Below, piece after piece: positions 1 through 8,482 of a stretch of DNA of 34,765 nucleotides (position 1 is its first letter; each line of letters opens with the position of its first letter). The translations under genes were made by a program, and so were the position numbers. The notes beneath the pieces were generated by a model. The model made no database searches, was not told the DNA's origin, and saw only the letters and a program-made list of their open reading frames with translations. This DNA comes from Salinivirgaceae bacterium (GTDB lineage Bacteria > Bacteroidota > Bacteroidia > Bacteroidales > Salinivirgaceae), in assembly GCA_035382785.1 (NCBI GenBank), contig DAOTAV010000001.1, positions 1 to 34,765 on the forward strand. Direction: 5' to 3'.

Positions 1-178
1 GGTTGAGAAACTCTCGCCCCCGCAACAAATTACTGCCATGAACGGCATCGGACAGAAGCAACTGCTGAACACAGAAAAGGTGGCCCAACGAATCGTTAAA
101 TCGCTCTACCTTCCTAAAGTAATCAATGTAACCCACACTCGTGAAGGCGAATTGATTGTTCGTCGCGATGGTTTTTAA
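1..178 (+). CDS. 3' end of a CDS truncated by the window edge; product unknown
   Basis: The frame starting at nt 2 is open to TAA at 176..178. It translates to VEKLSPPQQITAMNGIGQKQLLNTEKVAQRIVKSLYLPKVINVTHTREGELIVRRDGF. The GIGxK segment loosely resembles a helix-hairpin-helix. I recognise no family. Confidence 0.35.
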   Translation, partial: VEKLSPPQQITAMNGIGQKQLLNTEKVAQRIVKSLYLPKVINVTHTREGELIVRRDGF

Positions 179-189
179 CTATTCCAAAG

Positions 190-1092
190 GTGAAATGGCC
201 GAAAAAGCAATGGGTCAGGAATGACGGTAAAAGCGTGTCGATAATAGAACCTGTAATTGTATCGGCAAGTCGTGTTACCGACATACCAGCGTTCTATTCA
301 AATTGGTTTCTTCAACAATTGCAAAATGGCTACACCGTTTGGCTAAATCCGTTCAACCGCAAGCCAATGTATGTTGGCTTTGATAAAACACGGTTGATTG
401 TTTTCTGGACCAAAAATCCGGCTCCACTCCTACCTCTGCTTGACAGACCTGAAATTAATAATCGCAATTACTATTTTCAATTCACTCTGAACAACTACGA
501 AGATGAAAAATTTGAGTCCAATCTGCCACCGTTGGAAAATCGAATCGAAACCTTCATTCGTCTGTCGGAAACCATTGGGAAACAAAAAGTAATCTGGCGA
601 TTCGACCCTATCGTTAAATCCTCCCACTTGCCGATCGATAAGATTATCGAAAAAATCGAAAACATTGGAAATAAATTATATCGCCATACAGAAAAGTTAG
701 TTTTTAGTTTTATTGATATTCAATGTTATTCCTCGGTAAAACGACGCATCGACAAAGAATATTCCAAGGATATTGAAGAACTCCAAACCATTGAAATGCT
801 TGAGATTGCAGAACGAATTGCTCAATTAGGACAAAAATGGAATTTGGAAATAGCCACCTGCAGTGAAGCCATTTCGTTGGAACATCTTGGCATTCAACAC
901 AACAAATGCATCGATAACCATTTGATTGAAAAGTTGTTTTTTAATGATCTCGAATTGCTGAGCTTCATTTCAAAACACCAAAGGAAAGATAATGGCCAAC
1001 GCCCGAATTGTGGTTGTATTCCTAGTAAAGATATTGGTTTCTATAATTCTTGTCCCTATCAATGTATATATTGTTACGCCAACCATCGATAA
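190..1092 (+). CDS. DUF1848 family protein (radical-SAM-like Fe-S protein of unknown function)
   Basis: 300-aa ORF with a GTG start. The N-terminal SASRVTDIPAFYSNWF...NPFN signature is typical of DUF1848. The C-terminal cysteine cluster is CGC...CPYQCIYC, i.e. CX3CX2C within the last 15 residues. Confidence 0.75.
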   Translation: MKWPKKQWVRNDGKSVSIIEPVIVSASRVTDIPAFYSNWFLQQLQNGYTVWLNPFNRKPMYVGFDKTRLIVFWTKNPAPLLPLLDRPEINNRNYYFQFTLNNYEDEKFESNLPPLENRIETFIRLSETIGKQKVIWRFDPIVKSSHLPIDKIIEKIENIGNKLYRHTEKLVFSFIDIQCYSSVKRRIDKEYSKDIEELQTIEMLEIAERIAQLGQKWNLEIATCSEAISLEHLGIQHNKCIDNHLIEKLFFNDLELLSFISKHQRKDNGQRPNCGCIPSKDIGFYNSCPYQCIYCYANHR

Positions 1093-1111
1093 TGGGAACG
1101 CCGAAAATATC

Positions 1112-1148
1112 AAAAAAAAGGCCGCACTATTTAAAGAAATGCAGCCTT
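1112..1148 (-). terminator. Rho-independent terminator for the minus-strand acyltransferase operon
   Basis: Plus strand 1118..1148 reads AAGGCCGCA-N13-TGCAGCCTT, a 9-bp stem with one C.A mismatch. Read on the minus strand, the hairpin is followed immediately by T8 (plus-strand A8 at 1112..1119). It lies just downstream of the stop at 1158. Confidence 0.5.
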
Positions 1149-1157
1149 AAAATCTGT

Positions 1158-2027
1158 TTATGCAGCTTTCTGCAAATTTTGGTCAATCAAAGTGTAAACC
1201 TTGTCGCGAATTTGTTCAGGAGTTTTTCCCTCAGGACTTACGGGTTGCAAATATTTTACGCGAATCGGAGCTTTGAATCGAGGAATTTTAGCTCCCACCG
1301 GCAGTGCTTTATCTGCCCCATCAATAACAACCGGAACCACCGGCACATTTAAAGCCGAACTTAAAATGGCAAATGTTTTTTTAAATTCTCCCAATTTTCC
1401 TGATTTTGAGCGGGTTCCTTCCGGGAAAATAATCACCTTCCTGCCTTTCTTTAAAGCAGCCGCTAACTTTTGTATCGATTCCTTCAAATCTTTTTCCAAA
1501 TCAACGATAATGATATTGTTGTGATTAGCCAAAAATCGCAAAATTGCATTATTGATATGTTTCTTTTTAGCGTAAAAATAGGTTTTTCGAACTTGACTAT
1601 GTTTCAGAAATGAGACAACAAACAATCCATCGAAGAAACTTTGATGATTCGGGGCAATAATGCATGGTCCACTAGGAATATTTTCTTTGCCTTCAACACG
1701 ATATTTGAAGTAAAGCTTAAAAAACCAATTGGAAGCACTTTTAAATATATGTGTCAAAAAGGATGGTTTTGGCAATTTAACATCAACTTTCTCTTTGATA
1801 ATTTCGGCCAAATTAAGAGTTTCCTGTTTAAACCATTTCCGTTTTTCTCGAACGTATTCACTTATCTGGCGAACAGTAGATAAGGATGATAGTTTTTTCT
1901 CATCGAGTTTAACACCAAAATTACGCTCGAGATAGTCAATGAGTGAAATTTTCCCCAATGAATCCAAAGCTAAATCGAATTCAATATGATGGTCGGGTAA
2001 AACATCCATATCGACTTGCGACTCCAA
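1158..2027 (-). CDS. Acyl-carrier (phosphopantetheine-binding) domain fused to a PlsC/LPLAT-family lysophospholipid acyltransferase; coding sequence probably extends to 2081
   Basis: Carrier-domain DSL serine motif (LALDSLGKISLIDYLERNFG). Acyltransferase motif I NHQSFFD (HX4D) and motif III FPEGTRS. The first canonical start is TTG at 2027, but the 18 sense codons upstream (2028..2081) are in frame and appear to encode carrier helix I. See findings. Confidence 0.8.
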   Translation of the reverse strand: MESQVDMDVLPDHHIEFDLALDSLGKISLIDYLERNFGVKLDEKKLSSLSTVRQISEYVREKRKWFKQETLNLAEIIKEKVDVKLPKPSFLTHIFKSASNWFFKLYFKYRVEGKENIPSGPCIIAPNHQSFFDGLFVVSFLKHSQVRKTYFYAKKKHINNAILRFLANHNNIIIVDLEKDLKESIQKLAAALKKGRKVIIFPEGTRSKSGKLGEFKKTFAILSSALNVPVVPVVIDGADKALPVGAKIPRFKAPIRVKYLQPVSPEGKTPEQIRDKVYTLIDQNLQKAA

Positions 2028-2081
2028 AAAGCTTTTAATACTTAAATAATCTTCTGTAACATCAAATGTTTGTTTTTCATT

Positions 2082-3626
2082 TTAAGCAGACAATTCAAAA
2101 TTCATGGAGCTAAGCTTAAAACGCTGAATTTTTCCAAGCCGTGTTCTTGGTAATTCCACTTCCGATAGAAACATCAGCATAATACGCTTATAGGAAGTAA
2201 GTTCAGAATTGAACACTTTTATGACATTTTCCCTAAAATATTCACGCAAATCAGTATAAGAACAGTTTTTTAACTCTTCCATATTAGGCACAATAGCAAC
2301 ACACAACTTACCTTCTTTTAGAAAAATGCCTGCCTCCTTTACTTCCGAAAATTGCTTTTCGAGTTTGATTTCTAGTTCGGTTGGGTTGATGTTTTTCCCA
2401 TTTGAAAGCACAATGATATCTTTCTTACGACCAGTAATATGCAGAAATCCTTGTTTATCGAATTCGCCTAAATCACCGGTATATAACCAACCTTCACGAA
2501 GGATTTGCTCGGTTTCTTCCCTTCGGTTATAATAACCAAGCATAACGTTTGGTCCTTTAACCGCAATCTCTCCATCAATAATCTTAACCTCAATTCCTGG
2601 AAGAGGTTGTCCCGGTGAACCGATTTTGATGTTGTCAGGACGGGTAAAGGTAATCATCGGTGCAGTTTCAGTCATACCATATCCCTCAAGAACTTTAAAC
2701 CCTAAAGTGTCAAAAAATTCACCAACATGCTTGGGCAAAGCTGCTCCTCCGCTTACTAGAAATTCCAACGAACCGCCTAATCCTTGGTGCACTTTTTTGA
2801 ATATGGTTTTAGCTATTTTTTTACTTTTCAAAATTTTGACCATCTTTAGCATCGCTCGACCAACGGGCGAAGCATCGATTTTTGTTTTCAATCCCTTGTA
2901 TATCATTTCATAAAGCCGCGGAACCCCAATTATAATCGCAACCCTATTTTTTTGCAGCGTTGAAATCAAATCGTTGGATTGCAGCGATGGAGACATTACT
3001 ATGGTTGCCCCAACGTAAAGTGGCGCAATCATTGAACCACACAGCGGAAAAATGTGATGCAACGGTAAGAGTATTAATACCTGCCGATCTTGTCGATATA
3101 TTTCAACTCCTTTTGAAACGGCTTCCACATTGAAAAGTAGATTCCTAAACGACAGCATCACACCTTTTGGACTTCCGGTGGTTCCTGAAGTGTATAATAT
3201 TACCGCGGTTTCGTCAAGATTAGAAGGTTCCCAACAAGTCAAAAAATCATCGGGAATATCGGTAATCTGAGAATCAAAATCGAAAATAGTTGGTTGATAA
3301 TCGAGGATGGGCAAAATATCCCTAACATTTTGAGAAAGCCCATTGCCTGTGCAGATGATTTCGGGTTTACTGTCGTTTAAAATGTATGCCAAATCTTCCT
3401 TCGACGACATAAAATCGATGGTTACGGCAACTGCATTCAACCGATGCGAAGCATAAAATGCCGCTATCCATTCGATGCGATTTTCTGAAAATATGGCTAC
3501 CTTCTGGGGATTATAAGTCTGAAAATAGTTTGAATATGCCTGAATTAGCCGAAGTAGATCGCTGTATGTGTAATTGTGGGTGGAGGTTATTACTGCCTCT
3601 TTGGTAAGATAATTTGAATTAATCAT
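2082..3626 (-). CDS. AMP-dependent synthetase/ligase (fatty-acyl-AMP/CoA/ACP ligase, ANL superfamily)
   Basis: 514 aa. Core motifs YTSGTTGSPKGV, EGYGMTE, YTGDLG, GRKKDIIV and C-terminal LPRTRLGKIQR (A10 lysine). Confidence 0.9.
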   Translation of the reverse strand: MINSNYLTKEAVITSTHNYTYSDLLRLIQAYSNYFQTYNPQKVAIFSENRIEWIAAFYASHRLNAVAVTIDFMSSKEDLAYILNDSKPEIICTGNGLSQNVRDILPILDYQPTIFDFDSQITDIPDDFLTCWEPSNLDETAVILYTSGTTGSPKGVMLSFRNLLFNVEAVSKGVEIYRQDRQVLILLPLHHIFPLCGSMIAPLYVGATIVMSPSLQSNDLISTLQKNRVAIIIGVPRLYEMIYKGLKTKIDASPVGRAMLKMVKILKSKKIAKTIFKKVHQGLGGSLEFLVSGGAALPKHVGEFFDTLGFKVLEGYGMTETAPMITFTRPDNIKIGSPGQPLPGIEVKIIDGEIAVKGPNVMLGYYNRREETEQILREGWLYTGDLGEFDKQGFLHITGRKKDIIVLSNGKNINPTELEIKLEKQFSEVKEAGIFLKEGKLCVAIVPNMEELKNCSYTDLREYFRENVIKVFNSELTSYKRIMLMFLSEVELPRTRLGKIQRFKLSSMNFELSA

Positions 3627-3701
3627 GTTAAAAAAATTGCACGGTTGGTATTAATTTTAAAAATAGCACAATAATCGAGCCAACTGATGAGCTTATGACC
3701 A

Positions 3702-4883
3702 TTAGAAGGAATCAAGGGTTTGATTGATACGACGACAAGCTTCAAGCACTTCGTCGTGATTGATTATCAGGGGTGGAGCAATTCGAAATGAGTTAGGTGA
3801 AAATAAAAACGGATCGAGCATTAATCCATGATTCAGTGCCTTATGAATAAAATCGTAAACATCGATCTTACGATCAATTTCAACCGCAATAAATAGGCCT
3901 ATTCCCCGAATTGAAACAATTCGTTTAGATTTCAGATTGCTCAGAAATAATTTTCCAAGTTCAATTGACTTTTCGAATAAGCGCTCATCACGAATAACTT
4001 CCAAAGAGGCTAAAGCGGCAGCACATGACACCGGATGTCCGCCAAACGTTGTTATGTGACCTAAAGGTGGATTTTCGGCAAAAAAGTTCATAATTTTATG
4101 GTTTGCCACAAAAGCCCCAATGGGCATTCCTCCGCCCATGCCTTTGGCAAAGCAAACGATATCGGGAACGACATCATAGTGTTCAAAGGCAAACATTTTT
4201 CCGGTGCGGCCAAAACCGGTTTGAACTTCATCAAAAACTAACAGTGTTCCGGTTTCGGAGCACCGCTCGCGTACTTTTTTCAAATAGTTATCGTCGGGAA
4301 TAATAATGCCCGCTTCAGCTTGAATTGGCTCGACTACAAAACATGCGGTTGTATGGTCAATGGCATTTAATTGTTCGGCGTTGTTAAACTCAATTTTTCG
4401 TACTCCCGGAATAAGTGGCCGGAATTTAATTTTCATATCTTCATCGCCCATAAGGCTTAAAGCACCATGAGTGCCGCCATGATAAGAACGGTGGCAACTC
4501 ACTACATTGGCTCTCCCGGTAGCCCGCTTAGCCAATTTAAGAGCTCCTTCAATAGCCTCGCTACCGGAATTGACAAAATAAACACAATCCAATTGCGATG
4601 GTAGAATTTCGGTAAGTGCCTTTGCCAATCTCACTTGTGGACTTTGAATCAACTCACCGTAAACCATCAAGTGTAAATATCTCTCCGACTGATCTTTAAT
4701 TGCACTAACAACCTTAGGATGACAATGTCCAACGTTGCTTACAGAAACGCCTGAGATCAAATCCATATATCTTTGACCTTCCGGGCCAAATAACCAGATG
4801 CCTTTGGCACTAACGATTTCTATTCCCAGGGGATTATTTGAAGTTTGCCCCAAATGACGAAAAAAAATTTCCCTTTGGTTCAT
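3702..4883 (-). CDS. Class-III PLP-dependent aminotransferase (acetylornithine/GABA aminotransferase-like)
   Basis: 393 aa. Motifs NSGSEAIEGALKLA, DEVQTGFGRTG and the PLP-lysine context FAKGMGGGMPIGA. Its ATG (4881..4883) directly abuts the stop of the upstream LytTR gene. Confidence 0.85.
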   Translation of the reverse strand: MNQREIFFRHLGQTSNNPLGIEIVSAKGIWLFGPEGQRYMDLISGVSVSNVGHCHPKVVSAIKDQSERYLHLMVYGELIQSPQVRLAKALTEILPSQLDCVYFVNSGSEAIEGALKLAKRATGRANVVSCHRSYHGGTHGALSLMGDEDMKIKFRPLIPGVRKIEFNNAEQLNAIDHTTACFVVEPIQAEAGIIIPDDNYLKKVRERCSETGTLLVFDEVQTGFGRTGKMFAFEHYDVVPDIVCFAKGMGGGMPIGAFVANHKIMNFFAENPPLGHITTFGGHPVSCAAALASLEVIRDERLFEKSIELGKLFLSNLKSKRIVSIRGIGLFIAVEIDRKIDVYDFIHKALNHGLMLDPFLFSPNSFRIAPPLIINHDEVLEACRRINQTLDSF

Positions 4884-5597
4884 TTATTTCGTAATCAGAT
4901 TTAAATCGTTCAATAAATCATCACGATACGATTTCCCAATAGGAATAAGTTTCTCTCCTTGCTTTGTGTCGATTACAATTACGTTTTCCTCGATAAGTTT
5001 TACTTTGCTGATATTCACAACGTAAGAACGATGAACACGTTTAAATTTTGCCTCCGGAAACTTCTCGGCAACGGCCTTCATCGTAAAATGGACAGTATAT
5101 TTTTCATCAAAAGTGCTAATGATAACATAATTCTCAAGTGCCTCAATCCACAATATATCGTTATATGGAACTCGAACAAGAGTTGAGTTTTTCTTTTTTA
5201 TAAAAATCTCTTCGGCAGTATTTCCCGACATTTGCAGGGCATCGTTATAGGCTTTCTGTGCTTTATTAACCGCTTTCAAAAAACGAGCGAGCGAAATTGG
5301 TTTCAAAAGAAAATCGGTTACGTCATAATCGAATGCATCTATGGCATATTTTTCTTTCCCCGAAATGATAATCACCTGAGGTGGATTTTCCAACGTATTT
5401 AAAAATTCCAAACCGGTCATCTCAGGCATTTCTATGTCGAGAAATATCAAGTCAATGGGTGGATTTTCCCGGAAAGCTTTTAATGATTCTACAGCATTTA
5501 CATAACTTCCAACTAACTCAAGAAATTCTGCTTTTTCAACTAAACTCTCAACTACTTTCCTCGATAGCTCATCATCGTCAATAATTATACATCTCAT
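4884..5597 (-). CDS. LytR/AlgR-family two-component response regulator (REC + LytTR DNA-binding domain)
   Basis: 237 aa. Receiver domain (IIIDDD...FLDIEMPEMTG...KP) plus a C-terminal LytTR domain (HRSYVVNISKV). No histidine kinase is adjacent. Confidence 0.9.
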   Translation of the reverse strand: MRCIIIDDDELSRKVVESLVEKAEFLELVGSYVNAVESLKAFRENPPIDLIFLDIEMPEMTGLEFLNTLENPPQVIIISGKEKYAIDAFDYDVTDFLLKPISLARFLKAVNKAQKAYNDALQMSGNTAEEIFIKKKNSTLVRVPYNDILWIEALENYVIISTFDEKYTVHFTMKAVAEKFPEAKFKRVHRSYVVNISKVKLIEENVIVIDTKQGEKLIPIGKSYRDDLLNDLNLITK

Positions 5598-5858
5598 GGC
5601 TTATGTGTTAGAATGTTTATCCTATTCAAAGAAAAAAGTGACATCCACGTCAAATTACCTTTTCGATTATGTACAAAATTAAACAAATTTAATCAAAATT
5701 TAGTTCTTAACTTTGTATCTTTAGGCTAAATTATTAGCCGAATCTACAATTTTTTTTTAAATAAAACATCCTAATGCAATATTGTAGTGAGACTTTATTG
5801 GTGAAACATTAAAAATACAGTTTAGCAAAATAGACAGGTGCATCCCAATTCAATTCGT

Positions 5859-8480
5859 ATGAAATTTTCAGGTTTGTTTTCGGTTTTAGTGATTTGTTGC
5901 TTAATGCTCTATGGTTTACATGCCCAAACAACCATTGACTATTCAACTATTGTGTTTAAACTTAGAGAAGAAAGAAATACCTCAATTATTAAAAACATAT
6001 CTGCATCCTCAAACGCTGAAGTTAAAACAGTTTTTCCCAAAGGGAAAACAAGTCGCGGCGAAATCGATTTAATTTTCAAAATTGCATTATCCGATAAATC
6101 AAAAACAGACAAAATCATTCAATTACTAGAAACGACTGATGATATAGAATGGTGGCATTTTAAGCAAATTCCTGAATTATTGTTTACTCCCAACGACCCC
6201 ATGATCAATTCTCAATACTATCTTTCGTTGATGAAAGCGTTTTCAGCATGGGATTTTACTCTTGGGGGTCAGGAAATTGTTGTAGGAATTGTTGATACCG
6301 GAACCGATCCAACGCATTTTGATCTTATTCACAAATTTGCCTACAACACAAATGATCCTGTCAATGGAATTGATGATGACAACGATGGTTTTGTGGATAA
6401 CTATTTGGGTTGGAACATGGCAGAAAACAATAATTATGTTACAGCCAACATCGATCCGCATGGGGTGGGAATTTGTGGAATTGTAGGTGCCGAAGCCAAT
6501 AATTCTTTTGGCATTGCCGGCATAGCGCCCGGTGTTAAAATTCTCCCTGTGAAAATCATGAATAATCTTGGGATGCTTGTGGCAGCCTATGAAGGCATTC
6601 TCTATGCCGCGGAACATGGCTGTAAAATCATTGTGTGTCCATGGGGAGGAATCATTCCCGATCAACTCTCAAAGACTATTGTAGAATTTGTACAACAACA
6701 ATATGGCGCGCTGATCATAGCGGCTGCAGGAAATAGCCGAAACGAGGATGTTTATTATCCGGCCTCTTATCAGGGAGTTATCTCGGTTTTGGCAACCAAC
6801 AGTTTTAATCATAAATGGGAAGGAAGTACTTATGGTTATCGCATCGATTTGGCAGCTCCCGGACAAGGAATTTTATCAACTACAAGCGGTAATTCGTTTA
6901 CCACATCTTCGGGTAGTTCCAACGCCGCTCCAATGGTAGCCGGTCTGGCTGCTCTTGTAAAAACACTCAGGCCACATTTATCAAACATCCAAATTGTCTC
7001 TCAGATTAAAGCCTCATCGCTCTATCTCGATACTTTTCCCTCCAATGTACCTTACGCTAATAAATTAGGTGCGGGACGGATTAATATGGAAAAGGCCTTG
7101 TCCGACACTATGCTTTTTTATCCTACCATTTCAGATAAAATTATCGATAGCGATTTTATCTCAACCAATCAAACCGTAAAAATTACCGCCCACATCACCA
7201 ATCAGCTTAAATCCAAAAACTCTGTTTTAATGATAATTTCGCCATTATCGCCATCGGTTTCAGTTACCAACGGTTCTTTAATTGTGCCACTTTGGCAATC
7301 ACAACAAATTATTGACCTCAGCCAATTCAATATACGCCTCACAGCCGGAGAATTAGCCTATGACCAAACTATTCCCATTCGCTTTACTTTTCTTGTTGAT
7401 AACCAAACAATTCATCAAATTCATACGGTAGCAACACCCAAATCGTGGTTTGATTTGAATTCGTTTAACCTCAAAATGACTTTAGCAGCAAATGGGAAAC
7501 CTGGATTCCACTCCCTTTCACCATTGGTTGGAGGTGGATTCCGACGCTCTAATTCTCCCCATCAGCTTTGGGAGGCAGGAGTGGTCATTGGGACCTCCGA
7601 ACAAAAAATTGTTTCAAACCTAACCGATTTTGATGACTTTATATTCACTGAACCAGTATCAACCGAAATCGGTACTTTCTATGGCAAAGCAACAGCTCGT
7701 TTTGTAGAAAAAAGCACAGTTAACTCCCTTGGGTGCAACTATTCGGTCAGCATTGAAACAGGCACAAATTATCCACTTTCGGAAGCAATTATTTACAGAA
7801 TTAACCTAACCAATAACAGCACAAGCGTTTTGAATAATCTACGCATCGGAATTTTTGCCATATGGTTGATTTCTCCGGGAGCTTTTATCTCTACCTATCC
7901 TGAGTTGAATCTCTCTCTAGTGCAAAGTCCGAATTATTCGCCCTACGTAAATGCCATTGCCATTCTCTCCCCTTCCGGAACCTTCAGAAATTATTCGTTC
8001 GATACAGGTTCTAACCCTCAAGGGATTAACATTAACGATGGCTTATCGCGTTCCGAATTGTGGCAGGCATTAAATAATAACTACGAATTGGCAGCGCCAC
8101 TAGGAAAATCGCTTCCGGCGCATCTTGTCAGCATCGGAAATTTTAGCTTGCAACCAGGAGAGTCTATTTCGATTGCCTTCGCCTTTATGAACGATTTCTA
8201 TCAGGAACAAATTATTGAGAATCTGCAAAATTTACATTCACAATTTCTTAGCTGCGAAGTGGATTTTGATTCTATTATTTTCCAGAATCCAATAAGAAAA
8301 ATTGCGATCCTTCCTGACAACGTGGAACTAATCGCAATTTATTCAATGAGTGGAGAAAAAATAACGTTTGATAAAAGTGCAACTTCAATCGATCTTTCTC
8401 ATTTAAACACCGGAGTTTATTTATTTAAATTGCGCCGGGGCGATAAAACCTTTAATCAAAAAGTTATTGTGTTACAATAA
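5859..8480 (+). CDS. S8 (subtilisin-like) serine peptidase with T9SS C-terminal sorting domain
   Basis: Catalytic-triad contexts are VGIVDTGTD (Asp), HGVGICGIVGA (His) and SGSSNAAPMVAG (Ser). Asn is in AAAGNS. The C-terminus GVYLFKLRRGDKTFNQKVIVLQ is T9SS-CTD-like. I place the start at ATG 5859 (MKFSGLFSVLVICCLMLYGLHAQ signal peptide) rather than the ORF-track GTG at 5838. Confidence 0.85.
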   Translation: MKFSGLFSVLVICCLMLYGLHAQTTIDYSTIVFKLREERNTSIIKNISASSNAEVKTVFPKGKTSRGEIDLIFKIALSDKSKTDKIIQLLETTDDIEWWHFKQIPELLFTPNDPMINSQYYLSLMKAFSAWDFTLGGQEIVVGIVDTGTDPTHFDLIHKFAYNTNDPVNGIDDDNDGFVDNYLGWNMAENNNYVTANIDPHGVGICGIVGAEANNSFGIAGIAPGVKILPVKIMNNLGMLVAAYEGILYAAEHGCKIIVCPWGGIIPDQLSKTIVEFVQQQYGALIIAAAGNSRNEDVYYPASYQGVISVLATNSFNHKWEGSTYGYRIDLAAPGQGILSTTSGNSFTTSSGSSNAAPMVAGLAALVKTLRPHLSNIQIVSQIKASSLYLDTFPSNVPYANKLGAGRINMEKALSDTMLFYPTISDKIIDSDFISTNQTVKITAHITNQLKSKNSVLMIISPLSPSVSVTNGSLIVPLWQSQQIIDLSQFNIRLTAGELAYDQTIPIRFTFLVDNQTIHQIHTVATPKSWFDLNSFNLKMTLAANGKPGFHSLSPLVGGGFRRSNSPHQLWEAGVVIGTSEQKIVSNLTDFDDFIFTEPVSTEIGTFYGKATARFVEKSTVNSLGCNYSVSIETGTNYPLSEAIIYRINLTNNSTSVLNNLRIGIFAIWLISPGAFISTYPELNLSLVQSPNYSPYVNAIAILSPSGTFRNYSFDTGSNPQGININDGLSRSELWQALNNNYELAAPLGKSLPAHLVSIGNFSLQPGESISIAFAFMNDFYQEQIIENLQNLHSQFLSCEVDFDSIIFQNPIRKIAILPDNVELIAIYSMSGEKITFDKSATSIDLSHLNTGVYLFKLRRGDKTFNQKVIVLQ

Positions 8481-8482
8481 TC

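Noticed and set aside
1050-1524. ORFs 1050..1352 (+) and 1201..1524 (+), 100-107 aa
   Set aside because: They lie antisense to, and almost fully inside, the well-supported acyltransferase CDS (1158..2027), which has clear HX4D and FPEGTRS motifs. Their translations are low-complexity with no motifs. They are shadow ORFs.
5724-5758. Hairpin GGCTAA-atta-TTAGCC followed 11 nt later by T9 in the LytTR / S8-peptidase divergent spacer
   Set aside because: The stem is only 6 bp and AT-rich, and the T-run is not adjacent to it. It sits between divergent promoters where no transcript needs terminating. It is probably chance in AT-rich DNA.
5777-5784. Palindrome CAATATTG present both here and at 31331..31338, both in long divergent intergenic regions
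   Set aside because: An AT-rich 8-mer is expected to occur about once or more by chance in 35 kb of AT-rich sequence counted on both strands. Two copies is not evidence for a shared operator.
5838-5858. GTG at 5838 as the start of the S8 peptidase (ORF-track start)
   Set aside because: ATG at 5859 begins a textbook signal peptide (MKFSGLFSVLVICCLMLYGLHAQ). The 7 extra residues (MHPNSIR) add nothing and GTG is less likely. I kept 5859 but cannot exclude 5838.
6243-6665. 140-aa ORF on the minus strand inside the S8 peptidase gene, plus small ORFs 6289..6486, 6669..6866 and 6748..6939
   Set aside because: They are antisense or out of frame within the catalytic domain of the peptidase, whose Asp/His/Ser contexts identify the real frame.
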